Assembly (NCBI GenBank): GCA_964187785.1
Contig: OZ076409.1
Span: forward strand, 84,570,001-84,634,000
Direction of reading: 5' to 3'
Source: Amphiscolops sp. MND2022
Lineage: Eukaryota
DNA: 64,000 nucleotides
In this document: positions 26,701 through 40,066 of the stretch, piece by piece
Layout of the letters: each line of letters begins with the position of its first letter
How positions within the stretch are numbered: the first letter of the stretch is position 1
Translations under genes and position numbers: made by a program
Notes under the pieces: model-generated
The model's input: only the letters and a program-made list of their open reading frames with translations
What the model was told of the DNA's origin: nothing
Databases searched by the model: none

Positions 26701-29639
26701 CCGCCTAAAGTTGCCATAAGCAAAAAACTCAAAAGTATTGTTCATAAACTTATATTCTTGACAAGTCCTATAGTCCTATTAAAGAGAAAGTCAAAAAGTC
26801 CCCCTACAAATTTATCATGACCGTTCCCGGTTTGTTTCTAAAAAAGCAAAACATGAAAATTTTGAATGGGAAAAAATTAATAATGCTTAATTCCGTAACC
26901 AACTGACAGAGTAGAATATTTGTGTAAGAAAGTCAGCTTCATTGGAAACATTTGTTGAATAAAGTCGTGAAAATGGGAATGCACTGAGTTACATATGTGT
27001 AAAAAAGTGAAAGATCAGTTCTAAATTGAAATCAGCGACTTCAACGGAGTCGGCAGTTTACAATAAGGTCTATTACTTGGAATGTCGAATAAGGTCTAAT
27101 TAGTTAGAACGAAAGATTGAATAGTGTGATAGCTCTTGTTCGTTTTTCGCTAACCAAGGTGGAACTAGAAACGTAGGAATAAATTCTGTTTTTAAAATAG
27201 GTTCGAATTATTGAAGGATCTAATTTATTTTAGAGAAAAAAAAACGAGATAAGCGGAGAGAGTTCTCTTTCATTAGTTGCCGTGTCATGCATCAAGTTCC
27301 ACCATCTATATCAGGAATCTTAATTTTCCATTTTTGGAATATCAAAGACAGTTTACGACTCTAAAGGGTCACATTAAGTGATTCTTGTGTAGCCTGCAGC
27401 GCCACTATGTTGCCACTACAAAATGGCGTCGATGGCAAATTCTATCGAAACATGAAAAATATCACCAAAACAGTCCCGAAAACGCCAAAAAACAGAGGCA
27501 CTAAAGTGCTTAGCGCAAGGCTTGCAAAGAATACTCGGATAGCAGTTGACATTAAATCAATTCAGGACATAAACCATCTGCATCGCAAATAGTCTCGAAG
27601 ATAGGCATTAGGAAACTAGATTGGATGTAAAACCATTTGATCAATGATCAGTTTTTGTTACAAATGCTATCAATAGATTTTTAGCCAGATGAAAGTAGTT
27701 CCGCGAGAGGGCGCCAGGAAAATAATCCCCCATCTCATCATGCCAGTACTTCGAATCATTGGTTGAACACTCGAGGACTAGAACATGGGCGATTGCCTCG
27801 GGCATATTTCACAGGAAGAATTTGTACTGCATCACAAATTTTCGTGAAGAGATAGGACTCTAAAAACCAAATAAACTAAAATATCGTCTTTGATCAAGGA
27901 ACAATTGCATCAAGTAGGAACGTTAGCAGTATAAAAGTAGTTCCACGAGAAGGCCCTGTAAGTGCAGCTTAGAAAAGACTCATTATACCAGTAGCGTGAA
28001 TGGATTTGAAGATAATAGTAGCCACCTGATTAGAAACTTTTGTTCAGATTCGAACGGTTCAGATTTCTAGCTGGAAAAGTGTCTGTCCGTCGACAAAACG
28101 TTTCTTACGGGAAGGTAGCCCAGAGTCGTGTCAATTTTGTTTTCAAAAAACGAAACGCGTACCGATGATAGAGGACAAGGCACAAGGGCTCAAAATGGAC
28201 AAAAGTTTAGCTTCGCTTCTTTGCAATCCAGTTTTCTGAAGGCATCTTCTAAGAAAAATACATCAGTTGACAAAGACGGTTGACATTCAAGGCTCAGAAA
28301 ACGCTTTTTATTTGCTGAAAACATTGAAGAACTCTATCTATCCTTCATTCTATCACTTTGAAAACAAAACGTGGAAAAGTTGTATTTAAAACGGGATTTT
28401 GATTTCGGCAAATAAAAAAAGCAGCTTTGAAGAACGCGGATGGAAGGAAAGTGTTAGAGTTTTACAAACTTGTGAAATAATTTGCAGCAAAAGAAAATGG
28501 TAAAGCCACAAAACAGAAATTAGAACGAAAACAGCCATCTCGAAAAAAGCAGTGACCAATGTTCTCCGGTAACAAGCCGAAGAATCAGACAATCGAAAAG
28601 CTTTATCGTCTTTGTCACTCAGGTGAAGAATTTGATAATAGTTGAACCGCAGCGGCAGAAACAGAAGAAATCAAAATGTCGATTAGAGATTAGAAGCAAT
28701 GAAAAACAGCTCCGAAGACATTATGAAGTCCATAGTTGACGATTTGCCAACAGATATGAGTTTGCTTTGCTGTAACAAAACGAGAGAAGTTTTCCATCAA
28801 GTGCAAAAAAACCTCGAAGCTATTTTTGATTTAAATGAAATGACACCTCTTGATGGGACGTATAGGAAGAATGACTGACAGCAAAAAAAACTAAAACAAA
28901 CATAAACGTTACATTTATGCTTCATCACAGTTTCTAAACATATAAGTTTCGGTTACAAGTTTTGTTGTACCTTATTATCTTCACTATTATAGATTACCTT
29001 ATTTGTATAGATGGGGAGGTGTGATAGAGGTCATTTGACTTCTGAACCAATCTCAGCTGATGAGGAGAAAGGTTTTCATACATATGTTTTCAACGACTGT
29101 AAACGTCATATTAGAAATTCTTGCATCAGAAATCAGTTGCAGTTAGTTGCTTCCAAAAAATACAAGCGTTTTACTACAATCAAAGTTTTCAAAAGATGAA
29201 TTGACAATCAACCAAAAAGTCGCAAACTGGCTCAATTGATTCATCTACACTAGCGTTTGGATTTAAACACATCTGTGAGAACAACGTTATGAGATCCTCA
29301 TGGTCCTACTCAAGGGAAAGGGAAATGGAAGGGAAATTTATTTGAGAGGATATACAATAGTATAAGTTAACAGGAGTTTATTTAACTTACAAATATTTCA
29401 TCCAATCAGGACAGAAAAAGGACTCAAAAGATACAATTACTCGTTATCTATTTCACACACAAATACTCTTTCACGAAGAAGTTTTAGTGCCTTGGGTAAA
29501 TGTGAAAATTCGAAAACCATAAATCGTTTATTGAATTTGATGAAACGTTCTAGTATGACACAACATAACATCCCCCGACATGGGAATGCTTCTCGTTCGA
29601 ATTTGGTAGGTGCTTGAAGCAAATGCGGTGTCTCTGTTT

Positions 29640-29985
29640 TTAGTCAGCGCTTTTAATAATAAAAGAGCCCGACTATTACAGTCACTCGTTTTTATTTCTT
29701 TTTTTAAGACAGACTCTTTGCGGCGAACGTTAACGTTTTGTTCAGTTTGTTCAAGAAACTAAACGAATACCCGGAAACGCATCTAAGTTATTCCAAAGGG
29801 CCCCCCTTTGGTTTTTTAGTTTTTAAACGTAGCCTACAAAACCGGATGAGTGTAAAGCGTCCCCCCTTTTGGTTTTTCTTCGGCACTGTGCAACTTTTTC
29901 CCGAAATTTTTTTTCTCCAAAGGGTCCTCCCTTCGATTTTATTTGAGCCTTAGATATAGCGCCGACTTGAGACGTTCCGCCTTGT
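29640..29985 (+). mobile_element. Dispersed repeat family copy
   Basis: Same modules and terminus as 12240-12810. Confidence 0.6.
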
Positions 29986-30699
29986 ACGGATCTACTACTC
30001 GCCTCAATTACTTAAAACTGCTTTATATTCATATCTACTCCGAATATTCACCCTTTGACCGCATGCTTGGTTCTGTTTTAGTTAATGTTTTATACTTTTT
30101 GTTGCCACCAGTTGTAATCCCTCCGTCAGCTTGAAAATTTCAGTCGTCTTCCGAAACTGTCTGAATTGGCTTGCATCCGTCGCTTTTGAAAGCGTAAGCA
30201 TTTTCGAAGTCGCTATCTTTGTGGTCGTCGGTTTTCCCTCTTCAATTTCCTATTCAAATTCGGCCTTTTGAGCTATTTTGATAATTATGAGTTGGCCGTT
30301 TAATATATCCCGTAGGATCGCGTTCCATTGTATGTATTTACCGACAACACCGCGGTTGCAGTGTCTGTTATTCGATGTGATCTTGACTTCTATTTGCGGT
30401 GCTTTTTTAGTCGGCGCTTTATGAAGTGAAACGCGACTATTATAGTGACTCTTTTTTCCAATCCACACGAAGTGACCAAAATGGTTCTTAAAAGCTCTAC
30501 GAAATTTAATGGTCCCAAATTGAATCATTTGGCATAGCGAACTGAACCAAAAAGTTTTTTTCCTGTTTTTCAGCGTAACATGCCGTACCGAGAGAGACTA
30601 AAGGGTCCCCCCTTTCAGTTTTTTCGGCATTGTGAGACTTTTTTTCGAAAAAAATTTCCCAAAAGGCCCCCCTTCAATTTTCTGATGTTTTTTCTTCTT

Positions 30700-32130
30700 T
30701 CATTCTGATGAAAATTTAGTCGCTAGTCGAAGTTTCGGTGATTTGTCTTACCGCCTTCGATGGTTCCGATATACTCAGTTCCTCTTATTGCTATTTTAAT
30801 TTTTTGTTTGAGTCTCCCACGAAACAAAATCTGGTGGTGATTTTTTATACCAGTTCAAATGCATACTACTCGAATTTTCTTCGTTCATTTTCCCGTTGAT
30901 GGTATTTCTACAGATTTTTTCGCGCTCTTTACCAGGTGGTTCAATTTTTCCACCTGACAGCTTTGGTTGGACCTATTCAATTTGATATCTGCGGTGATTT
31001 CTGTAGTCTTCTCTCCACAAACGGACTTTTGTTTCTTCGTCTGATGTTGTTCCAAATCGCCGTGGTAGCCCCAATTGAAATACTTCGTGTGCATTCCGTT
31101 CTTAAAAAGAGGTAAACTTCTTGGTAATTCAATTTTGTTTTCGTCTGATTTAAACTTGAACAAACGTATTTTTAGTTTTTGCTTGTTCGTTCATTTCGGT
31201 AACGCTTCGGTTTTTTCTGGAAGGTTCCACTATTTCCAGAATGTTTGTTTGATTTGTTTTTGTGTGAATTTGGTGTATTCAATTCTTCGCTGGTGCTTTT
31301 TTAGTTCAATTCTTCTGTTTTTAGTCGGTGCTTCAGAAAGTGACACGCGACTATAAAAGTGACTGTTTTTTCAACCCACAGGAATTGACCAAAGATTCTA
31401 CAAAAATTTAAAGGGTCAATTGGTACCATTCGGTCAAGGAAATGAACTGTAATAGTTTTTCCATTTTTAGCGTAACAAGAAACACCGGCCCCTTTTCGAT
31501 GGAATCGTTTTTTTTATTATCGTTAAGATGTCAACGTCCGGATCTAGCAATTTCAATTCTCCATCTGATTGTTTTTGACAAAGTTTTATTTCCAGCCCCG
31601 TCCCACTAGCGTCGAATGTCACTATTTTTTCCGTCTTCAGCGAATGTGCTGAGCAGGTTTCTTCGAAAAACATCGTTGTCGTTCTCTGGAAGTCGCTTTC
31701 TTGTTCATCCCCCTATTCCCAGTTTGTATTTCTTCAGTAATTGTCGTAATCTATCTGTCTGTTCCGATGAATCTTGGCAGAACTTCGCAAGGTTTTGTAT
31801 TGGTCAGAGTAATGATTTCGACTGTCTCTGATTTTTAGGATCTTGTAAATTCAAGATAGATTTCACTTTTCCTTTGTTCGGTTGTAATGGTTTTATTCCG
31901 TTTTCATCATTTCGTGTCCTAAGCCATTTTCATCTAGGTGGATTTCACCTTGGCATCTTTTACAGTTTGGATTTGTCTCGACTAGATGAGGTTTTTTAAC
32001 TCTTTTCCGACGTCTTCTCGCAGATATAACGGTATCGGTCTTGTTGCTTGTTTTACCGGGTAGCGTCCGAACGACCAATGCGAAGTTACCATTGTTACAA
32101 GTCCTGAGGTAGTATCTCAAAAATTATTAC
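30700..32130 (-). pseudogene. Fragmentary Gypsy pol (RT/RNase H remnants) mixed with repeat-family pieces
   Basis: IVTFDASGTGLEIKLCQKQSDGELK resembles the RNase H DAS motif; EIHLDENGLGHE resembles the late RT region; many stops and frameshifts. Confidence 0.6.
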
Positions 32131-32295
32131 CATAACGTCATTGTTTTCTAAAAACTGCTGGCTGGTTAAACTTCATTGATTATACCTTGTTGAATTACTT
32201 ACAACAATTCAAGTTTCAATCAGACGATGGATACGCACTCATAAACTCTGCCAATAGAGACATTTAAATGAACTTGTCATCAGAAGAAATGTTTA

Positions 32296-32940
32296 CCCAG
32301 GTTGTCACGCCATGACCCCGCCATCCGCGATTCATCCATGATTCATGACTCGCCATGAAATGGGCAATGTATGGAAATCCATGTGCCATGGCTGAAAAAA
32401 TTTGAAACGGGTCCTTCCGATTGCCAAAACTGCCTTCAAAAAAGATGGATATGATCCTATTTTTGACCACTTTCTAATACTTGAGCTGAAACAAGGCATT
32501 GATCTAGATACAAACTAGAATAATTCTACAGTTTCTCTAAAATTGATCTGAAAATTTTCCGCAATTCCATCGAAAACCATCCCCAAAACAATCAAAAGCC
32601 CACCTAATGCTAACTAAAATCTTACCTATCTCGCGGCTTCAGGATACGCGGTGCTGAAAAGCGTCCTTAATGCTACCCGGGCCATTAAGGTAATCCTCAG
32701 AATAAAGAGAAAGAACAAGAGACAAAAACTGACACGGTAGGAGAAAATTTTCGCCTTTGAACGAAATTTTCAACATAGCTCAACATGGATGAATCATGGG
32801 TCAAAATCATGGATGATGATCCATGTGGCCATGCCCTGCCATGGGCCATCCATGATTTTCCATGAAAGTAGAAGTAATGCCTCGAAAAATCCATGATCAT
32901 GGATGATTTTCCATGAACGAGCCATGACTGACAGCCTGGG
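32296..32940. mobile_element. MITE (645 bp) with terminal inverted repeats, flanked by TA
   Basis: CCCAGGTTGTCA ... TGACAGCCTGGG (11/12 match), TA on both sides, dense CCATG/CATGG subterminal repeats at both ends. Confidence 0.8.
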
Positions 32941-35559
32941 TATGGAATAATGGACGGTTCACAAGAAACATAGCTCTTCTTGTAAATAATGCTCTTCAAC
33001 TAAGCTAAATTTTGAGTGGATCGAAGTCGCCTGAAGCCTAGCACGAAATTGGCTAAAAATTTATGCAAATGGGATGATTGCTTATGTAAAACTAACTCTA
33101 ATTGAAATAAAGAATTAGCTCTGAATAGCCAGCGCCCTTTATACGGAATTAGCAAACCAACTCATGTTTTGTTAACAAGCGCTACCCAAAGGTTAGTTAG
33201 GGCGTGTTCATAACATGATCAATCTTTTCTCACTAAAAGAAGAGATAAGATGGCACAATTTGTGTATCGAGGTGGACTTCAAGATATTCTATTTAAATTC
33301 ACCTTGATGTCAAGATGAAAATTTTCCCAGAGACATCAAACACTATAGTATCTAAAAGCTGCAATTGATCTAAATTCGCAACAGCAGCAGAATCAATGCT
33401 CATGAATATATAGCGAGATTCTTTGAAAAATCAGTTTTGTTCTTAGAAAATGTCGAGTTTTTTAATCCCACCAGAGAAATTCAATTGAGACCTCGTTGGT
33501 TCAATTTTGTTTACATATCGATTGAATTTTTCAATAAGCTTTGAAACCACAATTCACGCTTGATAATCGATCGAACGCATCTATTCAAATCGATAGTTTT
33601 GTGCAAAACTGTCTGAATAATTCATCTCACAGCCGTGTTTCCAAATTACAATTTCTGTTGTTATTGGTAGCAAGGCAAACAACTAAAATCTTGAGAAAAT
33701 TTTTAATTAATTATAAATTGGATCTGATGCATCTTCCAAGAAGAAAAGTACCCCAGATGAAAATTGAAAAAAAAGAAGAATATTGCAAACAAAGACAAAA
33801 GAAGGGAAAACATTGATGGATAATTGATGATGTTTTTCTAGGTTTCTCCACGAGTTGTATTTGCTGAGAGGACATTGCTAATGAAGTTCAGGCCACGAAA
33901 GGAGCTGGCTGCGCCTGACCATAATCATGCAAAACACAGGCAAAACATATATGCTCCATCAAAGATCAGATTTGACCAATGTGACAAAAAATTGAAAAAC
34001 CGAATCGATTCGTGAGATTTTCTAGACTCTTCGGATGAAAACAAAAAATATCAACGGAGACTTGGCTGAAAATTGACACGCGCAATACCGAGTAAACTCA
34101 AATGATCTATATGGATATATTCATTCGTATAAAGTTTGTAATGAATATAATTATTACTTTGGGAATCTTCGAAGGAAAATTGTTTTGATTGTTTGAGAAA
34201 CTGTAGCGACAGCTCATACCAGGAAACAACACATGACAAATCAAAGTGCGACAACTCAAGCTGCAACTGATACCGTTTAGAAGAAAGCGACAGCTCATAT
34301 AAGGTTCGCCAATAGGTCACAAATGCCCCAAATATTGAATTTCCTCCCGGTATTGGAGTTGTGTTTATGATGCCACTTATGGGTGATAGAAGTTCCACAC
34401 CTAGGGCATTCTGTCACATGGGGGCATAATTCAAGTGGGCATAATTTCAGGAAGCTAGAGGCCTGCAAGGCGAGTTTGACAGAAACTGCATATTCCGCGA
34501 CATAGAAGATTTGTCCAACAACATTGAATAAACAATAGTTCTTGTGGCGACCACATTAGTTGAAAAATACCGCTTTCAACGATCGAAAAACATCTGTAGT
34601 AAAAAAGCTACTAACAATCTAATGTACCTCACTCAATCCACCCCAAGGTCCATTACCAGCCCCTGATTTACCCACATTTCACCACGTGTGATCAAAAAAG
34701 ATTTTTCCGGCAATCTATCTTCCGTAACCGAGCATGCTACTCAAAGCTAGTGTTCTTCACTCCATTCACCCCTGAGGTCTGTATGCAGTTCTCGTATTAA
34801 CAATGCTTGACCATGTCGATGTGGAAACGCCCGACACGATATTGGCCCATGGAGTGCAAGTGCTCTCCCAAGTGAAAACATAACTGAGCATGGGAAAACA
34901 CCACGATAGCTTCTAAGCTCTGAAAACTGCTCGGTGAGCGATCTTGTTTGTAAGTTCAAATGATTGCTCTTTAACTGGTTTTTAATGCCCAACATTGTTT
35001 TCATGATCTACTTCAATGCCTGGCTTATAACCTCAGTTGGTTCTAGTCTATTATCCCTATATATTAATCATTCTCAGGTGAAAAAAATTAGTGTACCATC
35101 ATCTCCTATCTATGCACTGGTGCTTTATCCTTTCATATCGGCCACTTATGAATGACATTGAAAAAAGTTGTAGTAAATTGACTCATTGACTTCCCGACCT
35201 ACATATAACATGAGTGCACGGTGAAAGAACTTTCGGTATGAAGAAAAATTTGCTTCCATATTGGTGTTATTCATAGTGCAGTTTCTGTTTACGTTTACAT
35301 TGCTTTGCGGCACTTTGTAGACGACGCTTTTTTTGAAGAAAAGTTACTGCAATCATGGCTTTTTGTCCGTTTATCTTCACTACAGCAGCAAACAAAAGTT
35401 CCACCAAAAGTTCTTCAATTTTGGCAACGCCATTTTTGTTATCTACATACAACACTAAAGCAGGAAGGAGTTTTCTTTGACATTAACGCAACCCATGCGG
35501 GATTTAGCTCAAACCCGATTTCACGAAAATCGGTTTAACGTATACCGGATATAACGTCT

Positions 35560-36581
35560 TAGACATTTTTTCAATGATGCAAAAGGGTCCTTCTTTCATT
35601 TTTCAAATGATATTCAGAATTGATATGAAATCAACTGAAGCCTAAATCCCACTTCACGTTTTTGGTAGTGTGAGACCTTATTCTTTTTCAATTTAACCAA
35701 ACATCTGTTTTATTTTCAATACTTCATTTTTTATATTATTGGTTTGAATGTTTTCAGGTACTTTTTCAATTTTTCCCGTGTGACAAAAAGTATAGTTTTT
35801 TTAATGAAGCCATCAAAATTATTTCAAATACGATGTTGTGCGAGCGTCGAGGGTCTCCTTATAGTGTTCCAGCACTGTGCGGCTTACCGAAGAAAGTTTT
35901 CAAAATAATTTTTCGAAAAGGCTTTTTTCCATACAATTTTTGTTATTTGGGAGTTTTCTGCGATGAAAACCCTTTTCCGAATATTATGCGTAACCTCATT
36001 TGTTACATTTCTGGTCTTGGTGAAGACTTTTTCAGTGTTTCTAGACCTACTGATTTTTGCGGCACTGTGCGATTTTTTTGCAAAATTGTTTGTTTGGTCA
36101 AGGGTGTACCCCTTGACATTTATGAATGTTGTCATCGTGCAAAAAGAGTTTTGCGACCTTGAGGGTCTGTTTTTGGGAATTTTGGCACCTAGAAATTTTC
36201 AACAAAAACTTGAAATGAATTTCCATTATTCAATAATTTTGATAAAACGAGTTGTGGAATATGCGTTTTCGAGTCTTTCCTTCGGTATCCCTTCTGGTAA
36301 TTTTGGTTCATTAAATTCGATGGAAGTTTTCTCAACAGTGTCCCTTAAAGTTCCATTTTCGGCAGTGTGAGTCTTTTTTCCGAACAAAGATTGTTAGAAC
36401 AAAAATGGGTTGTTGTTTGCAGTTGGAGAAAGCGTTGTTCTTGAGCCTTATGCTTATCCCGTTAAGTATTTTTTGGCACTGAGATTTTGACAAAGTTTCA
36501 ATATTGACATTTCCATGATAAGGAAACTTGCTGTTTTTGAAACTTGAGCGGGGCGACGACTTGTGTCGGTCCCGGCTTGTT
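35560..36581 (+). mobile_element. Long copy of the dispersed repeat family
   Basis: Repeated GGCACTGTG modules; terminus TTGAGCGGGGCGACGACTTGTGTCGGTCCCGGCTTGTT. Left end approximate. Confidence 0.55.
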
Positions 36582-39500
36582 CCAGATCTCAGCTGTTACT
36601 TTACACCCTTCATATGCTACATTATAAAAAACCTTACTTATCAAGTGAGCCCAGTCTGGGAGCCAAGACAGCTTTGCTGAGTGCAATTTCTGTTGATGCC
36701 GTTACGAAAAGTGCTGCAAACTTTGGTGCGGAATCAAAAGTTTTGAAAACTAAGTTTTACTTAGTGTCGAATTTTCCTAAGGCTATTCCAGTGCTACCAC
36801 CCATTTTTATTTAGTGTGGAATCTAATTAAACTTGCTAGGCTCAAAAAAATGCTGCAAGTTCCCAATTGGAGTGCTATGATGAGGAAACAGTACCGCTGG
36901 ATGATGGCGATCAAGATGTGAACCTCCAGTCTGAGGACGACAGACAACGGTCCGGGGTATGTGTAACACCCACCAGCCTTGTGACAGAACACTTGCCAGA
37001 AATTTGTCAAAAATTCGAAATACCCAAAAACAGATGTTTTGGGCTTTAGTTTCATCATAACTTTTTGTTCTGTGATTTTTCCTTTTTTCAGGTCAGTCAC
37101 TATTCAAAGGATACACTTGTCGCACAGGAGTCACAAAGTCTCCTCCTTCTCAAAAATTTCGCTTTCAGATTACGTTTGCTTCAGTTAGTGTAGGAAATGA
37201 TTTAATGTCTTCATAATTTTGGTTTCAGGAAGAGCTATATTTACTCGAAACCCTATCTAAGCAAAACCCCAAAAGCTGATGGGTTGAATCAAACGTTTTT
37301 TATCTATGATAGAAATATCAACGGATTCTGAATTACATCTTCATTGAATTTACTTGGTGAAAATATTTGCTAGGGTAAATTGTCTCAACGTTTCGTTCAC
37401 TACGTTCCCGGAAAATTGTCTGTTGTCTCAACGTCCCCCTCTGGATTTTTTGTCTTCACTTTTGAGGATTTTCTTGTTGAGCAATAGATATGCTTCAACC
37501 GCTTTTTGCTCTTTCTGGCACTCTTTTTGCAACATGATACTTGTAATTGTTCATAAAAAATTCCGAAATTCCAGCTGAAATCTTTCATGTTTTTCAGAAT
37601 AGTGTGTTTTTCTTTTAGAAATATGATGATTGAGAGATAAGCTCTCCTCACATGAATGATTGCGCTTTCTGTTAGACTCCTGGAGAAATACTATTTTGGT
37701 GGGAAGTGCTACTGTCCTTCGTAAAAATTGAGTCGTAAACTCGCAAGTGTGTTTTGTGCCGAACTCAACCATGAATGACGTCATTTTAATTGAACAGGTG
37801 ACTTTTACAGTTCCATCCTGTGATCATAAACCAAGATCAGCCAAGGGTGAGCTCTTACCACGCCGCACACACTTCAATGGGTGAAAAGGATCACCGCAAA
37901 TCATCTTTGAAAATGGCGTGAAGCATCGAATGTTGCAAAAGCATTGAAAACATCATAAAATATTTTTTATATTGGAACGTTTAAAAAAACAGATAAGGAT
38001 GTTTCTGAAGAAACATCTCAATGTTGCAAATAACCAACTAAAAAGGTGGGTTACTTTCATTATCTTTCAAAATTAGTATGTAATATCCGAATATCCTTGT
38101 AATGTATGAGATGACTTAAAGACAACTTTAAGACAACTTAAAACTTGATTGAATTTAGAAACACCACCCAAAGATAAATTACAAGTTCTAACATTAGGTT
38201 CTTAACATATGAGGTTAAGCCGACCGGCCAATGATAGATCGATACTTCACTTGAAAGAACATATGCTAAACAAGATACTAGTCGACTGGTCTAACATGAG
38301 TTCTTTCAAAGCATCCTTATATAAACTTCAGTCAGAAAACTTCACTTGACAAAAAATGACAATTTAAGCTTGCATAGAAAACAAAAAGACAAATAAGATT
38401 CCCTTTGATTCATTGGAAAAAAACACGTGATCAAAAACCTGTGAGTTTCATGGGAAAATGGAGCGACCGTGGTTAGTTTTTCGTTGTTGCAAAGAGGTTT
38501 CGACTAATGGCATTATAATAGATTGAAGTATCGTTTCAGGTTGGTTGGCGTCTTTTCATCAAAGGTTTGAAAATAACTTTGAGCAGCAGTTTCAGTAGCC
38601 AAGACGCTTGTCTCGAAATCACAGACATTATTAATTATACAAAAATTGTAATTTAGACTTTTCTGCTCAGCTATGAATTCTTTTCAGCAAAGGGGAAAAT
38701 TCTTTCACTTACTGGCTTTTGTATTTGAATAGATGTTTCCATGCTCAGCTAAATCAACTAAAACTTTGAATTATGTTTTTTGCTTGGCCAAAATAACAGA
38801 AGCAGTCAAAGTTTCAAAATCTCAGAAATATCTTCTTGTGGGTCAAAAAATATAAATTATGAAAAAGTTTGAATCATTTTCCCAAAACCATTTTTTCTAT
38901 TTCTTCCAAACGTGAATTCTCAAGGTTTTCGAAACATCTCTGAACTGATAGTTCTCGAAGATTTTGAAAACTTTTAGCAGGGTCTCGATAGTTGAAGAGC
39001 CGGTAAGATGGTGATCAGAAGAATTGAACCCTCCTGCAGCTTTGAACTAGTTTTGATTCACTCCAGTGGAAAGAGAGAGCGCTTTGAAGGTATATTTTAT
39101 AGGGAGTGAAAATTGGAAGGAAGTACTTCGACTTTTCCAACGGGCTTTTCCAAGGGTGTTGGCGGGCCAGTTCACAGTTAGTTGCTCTCTCCGGGGGAGT
39201 GCGGAAGATGGAGAGGAGAGAAGGGGATTATTAGGGACAGAGAGAAAAGATGAAAAGTGGTGTCGAGTTTCTTCTTATGGATTCTTTTCATCTCAAAGCG
39301 GAACAACGCATCTGTTGCGTTGTTTCTTATTCCCAAAGCAACTGTTTAATAATATACTTTTTCAAAGGCGAATATAAATATGCAAGAGTTGTGATTTAGA
39401 TCAATAAAAAAAGATACTTTAGCTCCATCTTACGTTCAAACAGAAACAAATAGTCGTAATCTCTCTCTTCATTGAAATGAGCTTCAATTTACAGACGATT

Positions 39501-40066
39501 ATACCTTTCGTAAATTTCGCACGTCTTCAGAAGCATCTTCATTTTCAGCCTGACTGAATGGGGTGGGCTTTGTTGCGCATAAAAGATGCAGCTTTAATCT
39601 TGCTTCTCAAATCCGCAAAGGCAACATATTAATTTTTATGACATCAAAATTGAGAGATCACGCTTTCAACCGGAGTCCTTCGCTACTGGGTCCACTTTGT
39701 CGCGACTGTGAAATAAACAAGCACTGACATCGGGCGATAAGAGCTTCTCTGAATTGCAAAACAGCCCCAACTAAAGATTATCCCCAAGGAAATGCAGCAA
39801 AAGTAATTTTAACGAGGGCTCATCTTCCACATCTGAGTCTATTCCAAATTACAAGTCTGCCACTACATTTTTAGGGTTCTCATCAACATTGTAGAATCAT
39901 GAAAAAACTCAGATATTTTCTAAGGACGTACGAAATATCCGTGAGCTTTTGTTTACGGCTCTGTTTATGCAATGTGTAAAGACTTCTATTAGCAAATCTT
40001 TCAAAAAATACCTTAATTAAAAGGGTGAGCCCGATTGAACCAAACTGGTTTCACGATTGAGGGGTT

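Noticed and set aside
21900..35200. Possible decayed DNA-transposase remnants (about 22500-23150, 28100-28880, 33250-34000, 34750-35150)
   Set aside because: Coding-like composition but no diagnostic motif or termini identifiable by eye.
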